IMG/VR virus record: IMGVR_UViG_3300045581_000978
Span: 2,699 to 66,698 of that record
DNA: 64,000 bases
DNA from: a virus
Direction: 5' to 3' (one strand)
Shown: piece after piece, positions 48,923 through 58,302 of the stretch
Layout of the letters: each line of letters begins with the position of its first letter
How positions within the stretch are numbered: the first letter of the stretch is position 1
Translations under genes and position numbers: made by a program
The notes under the pieces: generated by a model
Database searches by the model: none
Seen by the model: only the letters and a program-made list of their open reading frames with translations
Told to the model about the DNA's origin: nothing

Positions 48923-51831
48923 ATAGAAAGGATTCCATCAGTAGAGGTTATAGAATAGGTGCCAGAAACACTATTTATAGAGGTGAAAATAGTACTCACA
49001 CTAGCGAAGTTAGTAGTTAAACATGCTTTATCTGACTTATAGAACTTAATACCTAAGAAGCGCGCTTCTTTATCTATTATATCAAACGTTATATCAAACA
49101 AATGGAATAGATTGTTATTATCGATGCCTATATAGGTTAGTTTATATATATCACTAAATGAATTATAAGATAGAACTGGTTTATCTATACTTACGATATT
49201 TACGTTAAAGTCATTATCGAATACCGCGCTAATATTAAAGGTATAAGAAAGAACCTCGTCTGTAGTGTTTTTAGGGTATATATTCTCCGAAACTCCTGTA
49301 TCAAAGTTATATCTAGTAATATTAGGATAAAAAGCTTTTGTGTTAGTAGCAGAAAGAGAATTTACTTGTTGTATAGTACAGAAAACAAGAGAATTGTCTT
49401 TCTCATTATAGAATTTATTGGAGAAAGGGCTAAAATCCTTATCAGTTAAAGAAAATACATTATTTTTTGTAGAAGGAGATACAAACTCACCATCTTCATA
49501 ACTAATTTTATCTATAACTATATAATTATCTGTTTCAACACATATATTATCATAGAATATCTCTATATTCTTAGGTGTGTTATAAACTTCTGCTTGTACT
49601 AGCTGTGAATACTTACCAAATATTACATTTAATGCACTAGATAAAGGTTGAGAGGAAGACTTAACCGCATTTTTAACAAAAATCTTACCCTCTAAGCTAT
49701 CTTTATACGACATTAACCTGTAAACATCAGTACCTGTAACTGAACTCAGTATAGTTTCACTACCCGGTAGTATATTATCATAATACTGATATGAACTACC
49801 ATAATTATAGTCATTAGTTAGTTCTACTATATCACTAAAGTAACCACAATCGTAATTATTTACTTGTCCTAGTTCGGTCTCTATCTCAAATAAATTTTCC
49901 GTTAAAAGAGGTTCAGCTCCTGGTTCAGTGATAAGAATACCGTTAGTAGGCTTATCACCTACCGCATTAACTAACAAGCTATAGTAGTAAATGTTGTCAT
50001 CCGACCCGGGATAACCTGGGTCAGTAGAAGATAAAGGATCAGGAAGGGGAGACCCATCTACAAACGTAAAGCTACCAGCATCTCGAAATGCACCTATATA
50101 ATTTCTATTGTCTAATGAACTGGTATAAAATCCTCCAAAATAATTAAGCTCTTGATATGGTTGAAACTCTCTAAAATACAGGTAATATGGTGAACCGCTT
50201 AAAAGAAAACTAGGGGTAGACGGATAATTTACGGTTAATGTTGATAGACCTGACCTTATCGTGTTTCCGCTTACACCGGTTAACGAATAATTAAAATTAT
50301 AACCGTCTTCGAAGTCATAAAATACATGGCCGTTTAATAATAAATTTAAAATAGGTTGAGTTTCAATCTCTTCTATTTGTTTAAATGATTGACCAAAACT
50401 ATCTTTAAACATGGCATATTCATTACCGTAAATATCTGTTTGATACTTGGTAATATAACCTTGGTTATATAGATCATTAAAGTTAAAACTATATTGATCT
50501 GCACTGACATCAGCTGATCTTATAGTTTGCTCTTTCGTATAATAAGGAGAGAAGGTTTGTTCTGTTCCTCTTATGTATGGGTCACCCGAAGCAAAGGAAG
50601 AAGAAGCATTCCTAATATCAGGTCTGTTGTCAAATATATAAACTAAGGGGTAATCTTCACTACTGTTTATAGAAACGTTGCCATAAATTTTAGGATCTGG
50701 AAAAACGTAAATTTTATCTAGTTCTAGATCTTGTTTTATCTCATAGGTAAAGTTATTAGCATTAATCTGAAATATACCCATCTTGTCTGGTTTGAAGAAC
50801 AAACCTATATCTCTCAATAACTTTATTTGATTAGATTCCGCAGTAGGGGTATATATGTTTTGAAGGTTCTGTATATTATTAGTAGGGGTATCGGCTGTAA
50901 ATAATAAACCAGATGTAGCCGGTGTTGTAGTAGTATCGATATAATACATATCTACACCAGCATACTTGTTCAGATATTTTACTTTTAGAGAAGCTTTTTG
51001 ATCTTCAGAGAAACCATCAAGATTTTCGCAGTTATTTCTAAGTAATTCTAGCGGATTTGTTGGATCACAAACCGCGCTATAAGTCACTACCGCATTAACA
51101 GCAAGAGGTATTTCTGTTAAAAATACATTACTCTTAAATACAGTAAAAGGATCTTCAAAAAATAAATCTACGGGTATACTTTCTCTGTTTACTTCAACAA
51201 ATGGTGTATCTATTGCACGTATATCAAAGTATTCAGAGTAAACATCAACAAACTCTAATATATCAATCTTGAGATTAGATTGCAACGAAGATAAAGAATA
51301 GTTAAGAGCAGAATATGTTGGGCTATCTTGAGAGGAAAAAACGTAATCATATATTTTTTCATATAATGCTTTTTCTACAGATAAAGCTGTACCTTTTATT
51401 TTGTTTCGCTCTATCGCAAATTTAGCTGTATCACGCTTTTCTTTATAAAATAAAATAATTTGCCTAATTTTTTCTACATAAAAAGGAATAGCTACATCTA
51501 GATCTACGGGGTTATTAAAATCGAGAGTAGATAAAAATTTAAGCTCCTGCTGAGTAGAGTAGGTTAAGGTAAGCTCTCTTAGGAAATCTACATATAGATT
51601 AATAAAATCGATTTCCCTATCTTGCGTTATACTATTTTTATATTCAGCCCACTGCTCTAGGTAATAGAGATAAAATTTATTATACAGCTCAGGTGTATAA
51701 TCTACACCCGTATTAGTAATAAACTCTAAAAAACTAAACGGAGCGGTATTGTCCTTAGTAACAGAATTATTCGTACTGCCTACTACAGAGCCTTTTATTA
51801 TAGCATTACTAAAGACGATCTCACTACTCAT
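48919..51831 (-). CDS. Large baseplate-associated structural protein
   Basis: 970 aa downstream of the gp6 cluster; AATAAATA 51838-51845 (-). Confidence 0.55.
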   Translation of the reverse strand: MSSEIVFSNAIIKGSVVGSTNNSVTKDNTAPFSFLEFITNTGVDYTPELYNKFYLYYLEQWAEYKNSITQDREIDFINLYVDFLRELTLTYSTQQELKFLSTLDFNNPVDLDVAIPFYVEKIRQIILFYKEKRDTAKFAIERNKIKGTALSVEKALYEKIYDYVFSSQDSPTYSALNYSLSSLQSNLKIDILEFVDVYSEYFDIRAIDTPFVEVNRESIPVDLFFEDPFTVFKSNVFLTEIPLAVNAVVTYSAVCDPTNPLELLRNNCENLDGFSEDQKASLKVKYLNKYAGVDMYYIDTTTTPATSGLLFTADTPTNNIQNLQNIYTPTAESNQIKLLRDIGLFFKPDKMGIFQINANNFTYEIKQDLELDKIYVFPDPKIYGNVSINSSEDYPLVYIFDNRPDIRNASSSFASGDPYIRGTEQTFSPYYTKEQTIRSADVSADQYSFNFNDLYNQGYITKYQTDIYGNEYAMFKDSFGQSFKQIEEIETQPILNLLLNGHVFYDFEDGYNFNYSLTGVSGNTIRSGLSTLTVNYPSTPSFLLSGSPYYLYFREFQPYQELNYFGGFYTSSLDNRNYIGAFRDAGSFTFVDGSPLPDPLSSTDPGYPGSDDNIYYYSLLVNAVGDKPTNGILITEPGAEPLLTENLFEIETELGQVNNYDCGYFSDIVELTNDYNYGSSYQYYDNILPGSETILSSVTGTDVYRLMSYKDSLEGKIFVKNAVKSSSQPLSSALNVIFGKYSQLVQAEVYNTPKNIEIFYDNICVETDNYIVIDKISYEDGEFVSPSTKNNVFSLTDKDFSPFSNKFYNEKDNSLVFCTIQQVNSLSATNTKAFYPNITRYNFDTGVSENIYPKNTTDEVLSYTFNISAVFDNDFNVNIVSIDKPVLSYNSFSDIYKLTYIGIDNNNLFHLFDITFDIIDKEARFLGIKFYKSDKACLTTNFASVSTIFTSINSVSGTYSITSTDGILSI

Positions 51832-51856
51832 CTTATATATTTATTTGCGAAAACTA

Positions 51857-54055
51857 TCACACAAACAAATTTAACTTACTATATAGTTTTTGAGCTACGA
51901 TATTAGAAATTATACCGCTTTCTTCAGCCCACGCATCATATGATGAATTATAAAAACTTAAAGTTGTATTTGTATCATTAAAATTAATAACACTATTAGT
52001 AATAATACCATCTATTTCAGGATTATAGGTATAGAATAAGTAGTAAAGAGGCATTGTAGTTACCGGTGCACCGCTAGGTAGAAGTAGATTCCATCCCCAC
52101 GTGTCATTGTAACTAGATAAAGCGTAAGTATTGTTAGCAGATAATGCTATAGAGGAAGCTGATAAAGGTAGATATGTATTAAGTAGTTTATAATTACCAC
52201 TAAATTTTTCAAAAGCTACAATATCTTGACCAGCTGTAACAGTGTAATTAATTGTAATTTCTTGACCTAAATTTTTACCGTATAATGAATTATCTAGGTA
52301 ACCAAAAGTTTTAAAGTTTTCTTTAAACTTGTTTTGAGTACCGAATAGTCTTGAGTGATTTATAGATAGTAAATCAACAAGACGCTTTAATTCTTTTGGT
52401 ACGTTAAAGTTATTACTACTAAATCTTAGATCTTCTGTATTTAGGGTAATCAATATTGATAATAATTGATCTATATTACTATAATCGAGAACAGCATTAT
52501 TATCTACAAAGTTAGTAATTTTTTCGTAAGTCACCTTACCTATTGTATCCTGTAAGGAGTCAATATTACCAAATATAGATCCAAGGAAATCATTAAATAA
52601 TACTTTCTTATCTAAAAATAAAGGCTGTATAGCTATGTCTTTAAAAACAGCTTCAAAATCAACATCTTCACCTTTTTTAGCTATGTTGTAGTAGCCTCCA
52701 GACGGATATACATTAAAAGTATTAGATACACCTGATACTATATTACCTTCTATATTGGCAGCTGCAGACAAGTATACGTTTTCTACAAGATTATTTGTTC
52801 TAGGTATTATATAACCCTTCCAAAAGCCTCCAGCTTCAAGAGAAGATAAAGAACCAAAATCAGAAAAGATATCAATACTATATTGTGTAACTCCATCCGT
52901 TAGTACTAAAGTCGTAAAATCAGATGGATATTGTAATAGTGGAATGTCTTTAACAGTAAAATTATCGCTATCTTTTACCTTTATAACAATACCTATTTTA
53001 CTCCCAGCAAATTTATTTTTATCGATAGGAAATAGTGTTGGAAGAGTACCTTCACCGTCTAGACCGTTTGAAGTTATAGATAGTTCAGCATAATCAGTAT
53101 TTTTAGCTACTGTAGTCTTATACCCTACCGTAGAAGTGTTTGCATGCGGCTTAAGATAACCACCATCGTAACCTAGTAATATATTTGTAAGAGTAGAAGG
53201 AAAATCATCTTTATAATACAATAGCTGGGTACCAGTTGTACCGCAGAAAAAAGAATCTTGATCGTCTTTATCTGTATGTATTATAGAGGTTCCTGACAGT
53301 TTAATGTAAATAGGTGAAGACGAAGTATTTATAGAAGAGACTTCAACAAACTCTGTTACTCCATTAATACCCTCGCTTAATATAAAGGTAGAAGAATAAG
53401 GGTAGAGATGACCGTAGTGAGTATTGCTTAAATTATTATCAAAATAATCCATCGCACTCCCACCTGATACAAAAGTTATAATACTTACCGGCTTCTCAAC
53501 ATTAAAATTATATTTGTTAGCTGGTATTGGTTCTGGAGCTTTAACTGAAGTAGGCGGAGCAAAAAAATCATCATTTTTTGAAACTTGTTCCTCTGGTATA
53601 GTATAATATTGCCAAGAAGTTGATCTAGTAACCAAAACAGGGCTAGTATATTTACCTGCAGTTAAAAATATATTGGTTGAATTAGAAGCAGATAACGAAA
53701 TAGCATCAGGAAGATAATTATAAACGTTTACTTTTTGGGTAAATATATCATAATAACCTTCACCGTTTCTATCATATAAGTAGCAAGTAACTTTATATTG
53801 TCCTGGCTCTTCATAGCTATGAGAAGCTGTTACAGCTTCGGTAACAGTACCATCTCCAAAGTCCCACACTATTCTCTTTCGCGAAAGAGTGTTTTGAGGT
53901 ATAGGTATAAAATTAGGGCTAAAATAATCTGTTAGTAAGTCTAATCTAGGTCTAAAGCTAAAAGGAGTAAAAGGTAAGGCATAGCTACTAGTTGATGTAG
54001 TGCCTGTAAAGTTATAGGTATCAAAATAACTATATATGGTGTTTATATCACTCAT
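51857..54055 (-). CDS. Baseplate wedge-associated protein with PKD domain
   Basis: WDFGDG....SHSYEEPGQYKVT; directly after gp6. Confidence 0.65.
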   Translation of the reverse strand: MSDINTIYSYFDTYNFTGTTSTSSYALPFTPFSFRPRLDLLTDYFSPNFIPIPQNTLSRKRIVWDFGDGTVTEAVTASHSYEEPGQYKVTCYLYDRNGEGYYDIFTQKVNVYNYLPDAISLSASNSTNIFLTAGKYTSPVLVTRSTSWQYYTIPEEQVSKNDDFFAPPTSVKAPEPIPANKYNFNVEKPVSIITFVSGGSAMDYFDNNLSNTHYGHLYPYSSTFILSEGINGVTEFVEVSSINTSSSPIYIKLSGTSIIHTDKDDQDSFFCGTTGTQLLYYKDDFPSTLTNILLGYDGGYLKPHANTSTVGYKTTVAKNTDYAELSITSNGLDGEGTLPTLFPIDKNKFAGSKIGIVIKVKDSDNFTVKDIPLLQYPSDFTTLVLTDGVTQYSIDIFSDFGSLSSLEAGGFWKGYIIPRTNNLVENVYLSAAANIEGNIVSGVSNTFNVYPSGGYYNIAKKGEDVDFEAVFKDIAIQPLFLDKKVLFNDFLGSIFGNIDSLQDTIGKVTYEKITNFVDNNAVLDYSNIDQLLSILITLNTEDLRFSSNNFNVPKELKRLVDLLSINHSRLFGTQNKFKENFKTFGYLDNSLYGKNLGQEITINYTVTAGQDIVAFEKFSGNYKLLNTYLPLSASSIALSANNTYALSSYNDTWGWNLLLPSGAPVTTMPLYYLFYTYNPEIDGIITNSVINFNDTNTTLSFYNSSYDAWAEESGIISNIVAQKLYSKLNLFV

Positions 54056-55859
54056 TCTCTACTATAATTTTGTTCTTTAACTTACTTATTTCGTAAAAGA
54101 AAGCATATTGAAAAGCTTCTAGAGTATAGTTTTGTGATGTAAATACTACATCATTAACACCGCATACCGGATTCCAAAAAACTAAATTAAGTTTAGGTAC
54201 ATTAAAATTAACATCGGTACGTCTTGTTTCGATATCCTTTACACCATCTACATTTTTAATGTTATTACTCAATTCACCTAAATCTATTATCTGACCTAGT
54301 TGTATGTTATTAAAATAATCCTTTATAGTGTTAATCACTCTATCAATTATTCTATCATTGCTTATTCTCGTATTAGCAGATTTTTTAATAACTAATGATG
54401 TATTATCTTTTAAAGTTACTGTATCCTTTTCTCCTGCTAACTGCAATCCTATATCAACCGCTTTATAAACAGGATCAGCACAAACTATATTATGTGTAAT
54501 ATCTTTTTTGTTATTGGCTTGATTTACTATTAACTGCTTTTGAGAAAAGTTCAGATAATTAGGTAGAGTTTCATTAATAATTGTAGCTGTTTTAGGAACG
54601 CAAAATAGATATACATTATTAAATGAAGTTGAGTTGGAAAAGGAAACCTGGTTAAAGAGTACTCTAGCGTCATCATTCGGTTTATTTAACCCAATAGAGT
54701 AAAAATATTTTAGATAAGTAGATGTATATTCATTGTTATCTAGAACACTTACACTTTTAACTATAACATTATAGTCTCTTTCTACGAAGTTTTTATAATC
54801 GTCTTTAGTAACCAATCTATTTTGCGCTGCAAATAGTTTAGGAGCATTTATTCTAATATCATCAACTGTTTCTGCATCTGAGATAGGCGAAGAAGAATTA
54901 GGATTGTTTGCTAGTAAGTTAGGTAACTGTGATACCGGTAGAAAAGTTACAGTTGAGTCATATATGTTATTGGATATGCTATTAAATGTAGGAGAGTTAT
55001 ATAGTACAAATTGATTACCGCCCATTAAGTTGGCACCCACAACACCATTTTCACCGTTAGATACAACATAATATATTTGTACGACATCACCTACCTTTAA
55101 TTTCTTACCATTAACGTCATTACCAAATTTAAACTCAAAGTTACCGTTCTCGTTTAATCTCTTTTCATATTTTCTTGACGTACTATTCTCTAAGAACAAA
55201 GATGCTGTCTCTTCCCACTCAGACCAGGTTTGAGTACCTGTATCAAATACAAATACAGAAAAAGAATTATCAGAAATAAAAGTATTGCTATCATTAATAG
55301 GTGAGTTATCAGCAATAGTAACTACTTCAAATGACTCGCCAGTAGCAGTATATGCAGGATATTCGCCTATATTACCTTGATATACGAAATTATTATCTGG
55401 GAAGATTTTTTCAACTACACCTGTCGTTGTCTTTTCAAAATTTACATCTCGTGTTACTACAAATGGCTGACCTCCCGCATTGATAGAAGAAAATCTCTTT
55501 AATGTATAAACTCCAGCCGGCATAGAAGCATTTCCGGATAAAGACATTACCGCGAGCGATGTTTGTTTGCCTATAGGCTTATATCCTATATTACTAACAA
55601 TCTTATTCATATTTTCATATAAAGAAGCTGTTGTAAAGGTTGATTCAGTAGAAGTAGTGTTTAAATAAAACAACAGAACATGATACATGTAAGCTACTAC
55701 ATCTATAAAAGCGTTGATGTTAGATCCTTCATATACTTGATCTCTAAATACCTCATTTTCATTTAAACGAGATATAATTAGATCCTTTAATGTCGTAGCA
55801 TCAAAAGTTGCGTAAGCGTCCCTAGGGAGATTGAATTCTGTAAAGTTTTTAATATTCAT
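54048..55859 (-). CDS. gp6: Baseplate wedge subunit
   Basis: FD..LK..I, YEGSN, IGYKP, FGNDVNG, Y.VSNGENG, ETVDDIR.NAP..F..QNR.VT..DY. Confidence 0.88.
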   Translation of the reverse strand: MNIKNFTEFNLPRDAYATFDATTLKDLIISRLNENEVFRDQVYEGSNINAFIDVVAYMYHVLLFYLNTTSTESTFTTASLYENMNKIVSNIGYKPIGKQTSLAVMSLSGNASMPAGVYTLKRFSSINAGGQPFVVTRDVNFEKTTTGVVEKIFPDNNFVYQGNIGEYPAYTATGESFEVVTIADNSPINDSNTFISDNSFSVFVFDTGTQTWSEWEETASLFLENSTSRKYEKRLNENGNFEFKFGNDVNGKKLKVGDVVQIYYVVSNGENGVVGANLMGGNQFVLYNSPTFNSISNNIYDSTVTFLPVSQLPNLLANNPNSSSPISDAETVDDIRINAPKLFAAQNRLVTKDDYKNFVERDYNVIVKSVSVLDNNEYTSTYLKYFYSIGLNKPNDDARVLFNQVSFSNSTSFNNVYLFCVPKTATIINETLPNYLNFSQKQLIVNQANNKKDITHNIVCADPVYKAVDIGLQLAGEKDTVTLKDNTSLVIKKSANTRISNDRIIDRVINTIKDYFNNIQLGQIIDLGELSNNIKNVDGVKDIETRRTDVNFNVPKLNLVFWNPVCGVNDVVFTSQNYTLEAFQYAFFYEISKLKNKIIVENE

Positions 55860-56344
55860 TATGCAAAGACGTATCCATCATTATTTAGTACACCGTTCAG
55901 AGTTATGCTTGGTATATTCAGAGATGGAATGCCTATATCAAGATCAATAACATATTCTTGATCATCCGGTCTCACTAATACCTTAATTCTGTTTACCACA
56001 AGTCTATCATCCTGTAAAGGCAACTCTGTTAATATTCTTTCACCTAGAAAGAATCCAGCTGTTTCAGAAACAGCATCAAACAAAAAATCTCTTAAATCTA
56101 AACCGAAATTAGGATTAAGTATCTTTTCACCTGGAGAAGTGGTTAATATGTTCTTAATAGCATTTAAAACAGAATTAACATCGTATATAGCAACTAAATC
56201 TTTTTTTTCTGATGCAGAATACAGTTCACTGTTAGTAGTATAACCATACTTTAAGTCAAAATTAATATCTTTATATAAGTACCCCTGCTTTAAAGCAGAT
56301 GATACCTGAGATGAAGGTTTAAAAGTATTTAAATTAATTGCCAT
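55859..56344 (-). CDS. gp25: Baseplate wedge subunit / sheath initiator
   Basis: YKDI, AIKNILTTSPGEKILNPNFG. Confidence 0.88.
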   Translation of the reverse strand: MAINLNTFKPSSQVSSALKQGYLYKDINFDLKYGYTTNSELYSASEKKDLVAIYDVNSVLNAIKNILTTSPGEKILNPNFGLDLRDFLFDAVSETAGFFLGERILTELPLQDDRLVVNRIKVLVRPDDQEYVIDLDIGIPSLNIPSITLNGVLNNDGYVFA

Positions 56345-56501
56345 ATTGCTCCATTAAGATATTAAAAGTTTCATTAAAAGATGATTCAACCATATAAAGT
56401 TTTTTAATGTATTTCTTAGCTTTATCTACGCTAGTAGAACAGCCTACCTTTTTACCAGTATCTTTTCTATAAACACATTTACCTTTTCGTTTATACGGCA
56501 T
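56334..56501 (-). CDS. Small basic protein (55 aa, MPYKRKGKCVYRKDTGKKVGCS...), absent from the ORF track
   Basis: Translated by hand; fills the gap between the 56505 gene and gp25. Confidence 0.65.
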   Translation of the reverse strand: MPYKRKGKCVYRKDTGKKVGCSTSVDKAKKYIKKLYMVESSFNETFNILMEQYGN

Positions 56502-56504
56502 AAC

Positions 56505-56777
56505 TTACCAATTTTTGCAAGAATAGTAACGCGGAGTTCCTGGCTTAGCAGTAGAGCATTTATGTCTTGCTCTAAAAGACTTTCTCTTTTTAGGATTAGA
56601 TTTTTTAATACGTAAGTTAGGATCACCGTAATGCACTCGTTTATAACCGGTTTTGGTCTTAACGCATCTCATATATTTTTTATCTGCTCTCGTAGAAGAC
56701 TGTTGTTTAGTAGTTTTTGTGCATCTAGCTCCTGCTTTTTCTTCGAGAATTTCTTCAACTAATAGGTTAAATTCCAT
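56505..56777 (-). CDS. Small basic Cys-containing late protein
   Basis: GDPNLRIKKSNP..RKSFRARH.C..RY.SC..W motif recurrent in T4-like phages; TATAAATA 56783-56790 (-). Confidence 0.75.
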   Translation of the reverse strand: MEFNLLVEEILEEKAGARCTKTTKQQSSTRADKKYMRCVKTKTGYKRVHYGDPNLRIKKSNPKKRKSFRARHKCSTAKPGTPRYYSCKNW

Positions 56778-56782
56778 ATAAT

Positions 56783-56803
56783 TATTTATATCGAGTATAA
56801 ATA
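56783..56803. promoter_or_regulatory. Back-to-back divergent late promoters TATTTATA-tcgag-TATAAATA
   Basis: Each exact consensus lies 5 nt from an ATG (56777 and 56809). Confidence 0.8.
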
Positions 56804-56808
56804 ATAGT

Positions 56809-57390
56809 ATGACTAAAAAGTATCTAACGCTCGTAGAGGCGTATCTCAGCAGATATCAACGTGGTGGCTTTCTCGTTGGTGATGTTTTTAAATTTAATGA
56901 TAACTTTAAAACTACTGAGCAATATAAGAAACTAGGGCTCAACACTAAAGAGATGATCGATCAGATGATTGAAACTGGTCTCAATGTCCGTGTTGTAGGT
57001 ATTAAAGATACTACTTCTCCTAGATTTCCAGGTAACCCTCAAACTTCATCTAACGATGTTGAGCTCACAATAGCTCTCGACACAGGCGGTGGTAGATATA
57101 CACACTATGTAAATATCTCACCGGAAATGGGTCAACCACTTGATATTTACCCTAATTTACCGCCAATCCCAGATGAAGTTCGTCGTAAGAGCAAAGTTAA
57201 TATTAAGCCAGAGGAGTTAGAGAAGATGGATAATATCTCTAATAAGACAGATAGAGGTACTGGTAGCTATACTGATACAGAAAGATCACTTCCTACTAAA
57301 AACACAGAAATTCCTTCTATGCCAGCAACTCCATCTATGGAAGTTAACTCATATACTAAGGAGTATATGTCTGAGCTACAGAAGTATTAA
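56809..57390 (+). CDS. Hypothetical late protein
   Basis: ORF track; late promoter; MTKKYLTLVE|A. Confidence 0.7.
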   Translation: MTKKYLTLVEAYLSRYQRGGFLVGDVFKFNDNFKTTEQYKKLGLNTKEMIDQMIETGLNVRVVGIKDTTSPRFPGNPQTSSNDVELTIALDTGGGRYTHYVNISPEMGQPLDIYPNLPPIPDEVRRKSKVNIKPEELEKMDNISNKTDRGTGSYTDTERSLPTKNTEIPSMPATPSMEVNSYTKEYMSELQKY

Positions 57391-57431
57391 TTTACTCTCT
57401 CGAGATTGATCCAACACGCAAAGCAGTTAAT
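57387..57431 (-). pseudogene. Displaced duplicate of the gp44 3' end (INCFACWINLERVN-stop)
   Basis: 11/11 aa identity to gp44 residues encoded at 58312-58344; begins immediately after the endonuclease stop. Confidence 0.9.
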
Positions 57432-58268
57432 TTAATCAGAAAGAACTTTTAAAAGTTCTTTCCAACTTGTAACATTAAACACCTCCCTATATTTGTGTAT
57501 TATACATCTCTTGCTTAGTTGCAGCTCTGTTGCTATTTTAGTAAGATTGGCTCCTTCTTTTACTAGAGTAGTAAATAGTTTAACCGGAAATTGTTTGTAA
57601 TTACCGTTTTTAGTATTTTGTTGTGTATTAAAGTAAGCAATATTATTATTTTTACAAAATTTTTTTAAGGTAATACCAGGGTAAAAATTACTTTTAAAAA
57701 AATTTATATTTACTTTTAATATTTTCGCTATCTCTTTATTAGATTTACCTTCACGCAATAAGGCTAAATATTTTTGTTGTGATATGTTTTTTGCCATGTG
57801 ATTATTTTTCTTAATAGATTTTCTCTTACAGTACTCAGCTAACGACTCATTTTTATAAAATCTCTTTTTAAGAAGTGACTTACTGCAGTTTAATTTTAAC
57901 GCTATATTTTTAAGTAAAACATTTCTCTCTAGATAATATAAAAACTCATTCTCGTATATTTTCTTTTTACAGCCAGACCTACCACCTTTACCACCTTCAC
58001 AAATATTTAACAGCTTTTCATTATTGTATAGAGATATATATTTTTTCTCTAAATCATAAGCTACTAGCTCGTCTTCTATATCTGCTACTAAATATATACT
58101 TATATCTAACCAGTTATACCCCGCTGCTAATAATTTATTTAATTTATTAAGATGGTGTTTATTTCTACATGATAGTGAACGAGCCCTACCCCTCACACCT
58201 TTACCTATATAAAATATATTTTTTGTTGTAGGGTCTATGTGAGCATAAATATAATACTTATTTTCCAT
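57432..58268 (-). CDS. Free-standing GIY-YIG homing endonuclease with three C-terminal HTH-like repeats
   Basis: YYIYAH.DP....FYIGKG...RA, AYDLE..YI, LLN..EGG.G; repeats IALKLNCS, IAKILKVN, IATELQLS; GATAAATA 58274-58281 (-). Confidence 0.85.
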   Translation of the reverse strand: MENKYYIYAHIDPTTKNIFYIGKGVRGRARSLSCRNKHHLNKLNKLLAAGYNWLDISIYLVADIEDELVAYDLEKKYISLYNNEKLLNICEGGKGGRSGCKKKIYENEFLYYLERNVLLKNIALKLNCSKSLLKKRFYKNESLAEYCKRKSIKKNNHMAKNISQQKYLALLREGKSNKEIAKILKVNINFFKSNFYPGITLKKFCKNNNIAYFNTQQNTKNGNYKQFPVKLFTTLVKEGANLTKIATELQLSKRCIIHKYREVFNVTSWKELLKVLSD

Positions 58269-58302
58269 ACAAGTATTTATCTCTTAATCGACTTTTTTTT
58301 AA

